DNA from: an uncultured bacterium
GTDB lineage: Bacteria > Babelota > Babeliae > Babelales > Vermiphilaceae
Length of the DNA: 64,000 bases
Assembly (NCBI GenBank): GCA_963727255.1
Contig: CAVSFC010000002.1
Location: 128,001-192,000, forward strand
Reading direction: 5' to 3'
Below the pieces are notes generated by a model. The model searched no databases. It was given only the letters and a program-made list of their open reading frames with translations, and had not been told where the DNA came from. This document shows positions 60,822-64,000 of the stretch, piece after piece. How positions within the stretch are numbered: the first letter of the stretch is position 1; every line of letters starts with the position of its first letter. Made by a program: the position numbers and the translations under genes.

Positions 60822-62196
60822 ATGGGCGCCCAATCATTGCATAGGAAAACCCAAATTTTTTCAATTCTTGGGGATCTAATAAATTACGGGCATCAACGAT
60901 AACTTTCTCTTTAACCAGTTTTGCAAGTACCCCCAGATCAATATACTTAAACTCATCCCATTCAGTCATAATAATAATGGCATCTGCTCCCGATACAGCC
61001 TCGTAGATAGATTGTACATATATAATATCCGGAAATAATTTGCGCATATTTTCAATAGCAACCGGATCATAGGCTTTTATACGTGCCCCCTCTTGCAAAA
61101 GAACTTCAATGGTAGTAATTGCAGGAGAATACCGCACATCATCAGTATTACTTTTAAATGCGAGTCCTAATAAAGCCACAGTTTTTTGATGTAACGGACC
61201 CGGTAAAAGCATTCGCAATTTCTCTACCGGCTTCTTTTTTTGTTCTTCATTTGCTGTTAAAGCTGCAGTAACCACATTCAAATGAATTCCAAATTTTTTT
61301 CCCAAACCCTCCAGCGCATGGCAATCTTTGGGAAAGCATGACCCACCAAACCCTGGTCCGGGCTTTAAAAAAGCCTGCCCGATACGATTATCAAGTCCCA
61401 TTCCCTGAGCAACATCAAAAACATCTGCCCCCGTTTGATCGCAAAGATTTGCAATTTCATTAATAAAACTCAGTTTCGTAGCAAGAAATGCATTGGAAGC
61501 ATATTTTATCGTTTCAGCTGAAGCAATACTGGTAAAAATACAGGGAACATTTTTTTCCAATAGAGGGGCATAAACATTTCTCATCCAGTCACGTGCATTT
61601 TCAGAATAGGCGCCCACAATAATTCGATCAGGATTCATGAAATCACCAATCGCGCTTCCTTCGCGCAAAAATTCAGGATTTGAGACTAAATCATAATTAG
61701 CTTTATCAACGCGGCTTTCTTCCAATAATTGCACTAAGCTTTCCCCGGTGCCAATAGGCACCGTACTTTTTATGCAAATAATTTTATAGTGATCAAGATG
61801 CGGAATAATCATAGAAAAAGCATTTGATAATGCAGATAAGTCAGCGCATCCATTACTATCCATAGGTGTGCCCACTGCAATAAAAATTCCGTCAGCTTCC
61901 GCTATTGCTTGATGTATATCTGTTGTAAATCTCAGCAACCCGCGTTCAACGTTCCTGGAAACAAGTTCTTTGAGACCCGGCTCATAAATTGGCATACTAT
62001 TTTTTTGTAAAAGATTAATTTTGGCGCTATCAGTGTCAGCGCACATAACTTCATGGCCGAACTCAGCAAAACAGGCACCGGTAATCAAACCCACATAACC
62101 AGTACCCAAAATTGCAATACGGTTAACACACAAACTATTCAAAGGCCACAATAAAAAAATTACCATCAAAAATAAATAAGATTTTTTTAATTTCAT
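60820..62196 (-). CDS. ugd: UDP-glucose/GDP-mannose 6-dehydrogenase with N-terminal signal-like extension
   Basis: GTGYVG, KSTVP, NPEFLREG, GFGGSCFPKD, LAFK..TDD.R. Confidence 0.93.
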   Translation of the reverse strand: MKLKKSYLFLMVIFLLWPLNSLCVNRIAILGTGYVGLITGACFAEFGHEVMCADTDSAKINLLQKNSMPIYEPGLKELVSRNVERGLLRFTTDIHQAIAEADGIFIAVGTPMDSNGCADLSALSNAFSMIIPHLDHYKIICIKSTVPIGTGESLVQLLEESRVDKANYDLVSNPEFLREGSAIGDFMNPDRIIVGAYSENARDWMRNVYAPLLEKNVPCIFTSIASAETIKYASNAFLATKLSFINEIANLCDQTGADVFDVAQGMGLDNRIGQAFLKPGPGFGGSCFPKDCHALEGLGKKFGIHLNVVTAALTANEEQKKKPVEKLRMLLPGPLHQKTVALLGLAFKSNTDDVRYSPAITTIEVLLQEGARIKAYDPVAIENMRKLFPDIIYVQSIYEAVSGADAIIIMTEWDEFKYIDLGVLAKLVKEKVIVDARNLLDPQELKKFGFSYAMIGRP

Positions 62197-62379
62197 AGAT
62201 CCCCCTCTAAATTTCTTCCTCAGCATACGCTATTTATAAATAAGAATTAAACAATTTAGTCAAAAATATAATTTCAGATTGGATTATAGCTCCGAAATGA
62301 ACCCTCATATAATCTCTTGCTCTTGGAATATTTTTTCTGTTATGAGCTAATTTGAGGGACACGCAAATTGGGGAATATT

Positions 62380-63198
62380 ATGCGTTATTGGGGAATGCTA
62401 TTACCATTAGCAATCGGAAGTTTAATTTTTACTCCTAGTACCATTATTGCTCTTGAGAAACCATTAGTTATTATCACCGCTTCATATAACAATATACAAT
62501 GGTGCCAGAAATATTTTGATTCAGTGGCGCACCAAAAATATGATAACTGGACACTAATCTATATTGATGATGCATCAACCGATGGCACACTTGCTTCAAT
62601 AATGCAGCTTGCGCTCGATTATCAACTGGAGCATAAAATAACTTTTATTAAAAATAAAAAACGCAATGGCCACTTGTGCAATCAATATCATGCTATTCAT
62701 GCATGCCCTGCCAACAGCATAATTCTTATTATCGATGGCGATGATTGGCTTGCCAACGATACGGTATTTGAAACTATTAATAAAGCCTATCAGGATGAAA
62801 ATGTATGGCTTACCTATGGGCAATTTTGGTATTGGAAAAAAGACAAGAAAGGATTTTGCCGTCCGATTCCGCCTGATATAATTCAAAAAAATGCAATTCG
62901 TGAAATATCATGGCGCACTACTCATCTGCGCACCTTTTATGCGGGCCTCTTTCAACAAATAAAATTAGAAGATCTAAAACATAATAATGCATTTTTCCCT
63001 TTTTGTGCTGATGTTGCAAGTATGTTTGCAATGATAGAAATGGCGGGCACTCATATTAAGTTTATTCCGGAAATATTGTATATCTATAACGATGATAATC
63101 CATTATCGTATCATCATGATCCAACGCCACAACGTCAATTAGAAGAATATATTAGAACCATGCAGCGATATGAGCCCTTAAAGGAAAAAGTATGGTGA
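62380..63198 (+). CDS. GT2 glycosyltransferase with signal peptide
   Basis: ASYN, IDDASTD, IDGDDWL, HLRTF. Confidence 0.85.
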   Translation: MRYWGMLLPLAIGSLIFTPSTIIALEKPLVIITASYNNIQWCQKYFDSVAHQKYDNWTLIYIDDASTDGTLASIMQLALDYQLEHKITFIKNKKRNGHLCNQYHAIHACPANSIILIIDGDDWLANDTVFETINKAYQDENVWLTYGQFWYWKKDKKGFCRPIPPDIIQKNAIREISWRTTHLRTFYAGLFQQIKLEDLKHNNAFFPFCADVASMFAMIEMAGTHIKFIPEILYIYNDDNPLSYHHDPTPQRQLEEYIRTMQRYEPLKEKVW

Positions 63199-64000
63199 AA
63201 AGAAATAAATTTTTTTATTCGATCTTGGCAAGTTGTTTATTTTCAATCCTTATAACCTGCCATGAACAAAAGAAGCTCGCAATTATTATTACCTCATATA
63301 ATAATGCTGATTGGTTCGATAGAAATATTGGCATGATGTTTTGCCAAAAAAATTTTGATGGAACTCCGTATCAAAATTATAGAATTATCTATATAGATGA
63401 TTGCTCTCTTGATGCAACTGCAGAGCTCGTAGAATGTTATATTCATAATTGCAATCAAAGCCATAGATGCACGCTTATCAAAAATAAAACGCGCAAACGG
63501 GCACTCGCTAATTTATATTATGCTATTCAGCTCTGCGAACCTGATGAGATTGTATTTAATATGGATGGAGATGATTGGCTTGCAGATGAATTTATATTTG
63601 CAATGATTAATCAAATTTATCAAGATCCAAATATCTGGATTACCTATGGCTCTTTCATTAATTGGCCCACCAATGAAATCGGATACTGCCAACCAATTTC
63701 TAGTGAATATGTTGAAAAACAATTATTCAGAAAAAAATGGTGGAAGCCTGGCCAGCTGCGCACCTTTTATGGATGGCTTGCTCATCAGATCAAATTAAAA
63801 GATCTGCTCTTTGAAGGCCCCTACTTCCAAGGGGAGTTTTTTCCGGCCAATTCTGATTTAGCAATTTATTATCCAATGATGGAAATGGCCGGATTCCATT
63901 ATCAATTTATTCCCGAACTTATTTATATTCGCAATGTTGCTACTCCAATTAATGATTTTAAAGCAAACAAAGAGGTGCAAATTTTGGGTAGCAAACTGAT
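63192..64000 (+). CDS. GT2 glycosyltransferase, paralog of the upstream gene (runs off window edge)
   Basis: Manual translation MVKRNKFFYSILASCLFSILITC..ITSYNN..IDDCS..MDGDDWL; absent from the ORF track because it has no stop in the window. Confidence 0.85.
   Translation, partial: MVKRNKFFYSILASCLFSILITCHEQKKLAIIITSYNNADWFDRNIGMMFCQKNFDGTPYQNYRIIYIDDCSLDATAELVECYIHNCNQSHRCTLIKNKTRKRALANLYYAIQLCEPDEIVFNMDGDDWLADEFIFAMINQIYQDPNIWITYGSFINWPTNEIGYCQPISSEYVEKQLFRKKWWKPGQLRTFYGWLAHQIKLKDLLFEGPYFQGEFFPANSDLAIYYPMMEMAGFHYQFIPELIYIRNVATPINDFKANKEVQILGSKL

Overview
AT-rich bacterial chromosomal window. It has housekeeping genes (atpE/F'/F/H, recD2, uvrB, leuS, rpsA, ndk, nusB, efp, glyA, transaldolase, ugd) interspersed with many signal-peptide-bearing orphan proteins, an ankyrin protein, a DOT1-like methyltransferase and several outer-membrane paralog families. 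This gene content is most consistent with a host-dependent bacterium such as Candidatus Dependentiae/TM6 (inference only). No rRNA, tRNA, CRISPR array or intact transposase was recognised. Highlights: (1) a tandem-Cache-domain pentameric ligand-gated ion channel-like gene overlapping an orphan UrtA/AmiC-type binding-protein gene; (2) a modular family of short GC-rich palindromic (REP/RPE-like) elements, several inserted in frame in proteins; (3) many exported proteins whose predicted signal peptide is followed by Met at +1, and normally cytoplasmic enzymes carrying signal peptides; (4) a secreted vanadium haloperoxidase heading five Cys-rich beta-barrel paralogs, most with their own promoter and terminator. 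Many single-base frameshifts between about 15 and 38 kb, including one in leuS, are probably sequencing errors. All family assignments come from motif recognition by eye; no database searches were run.
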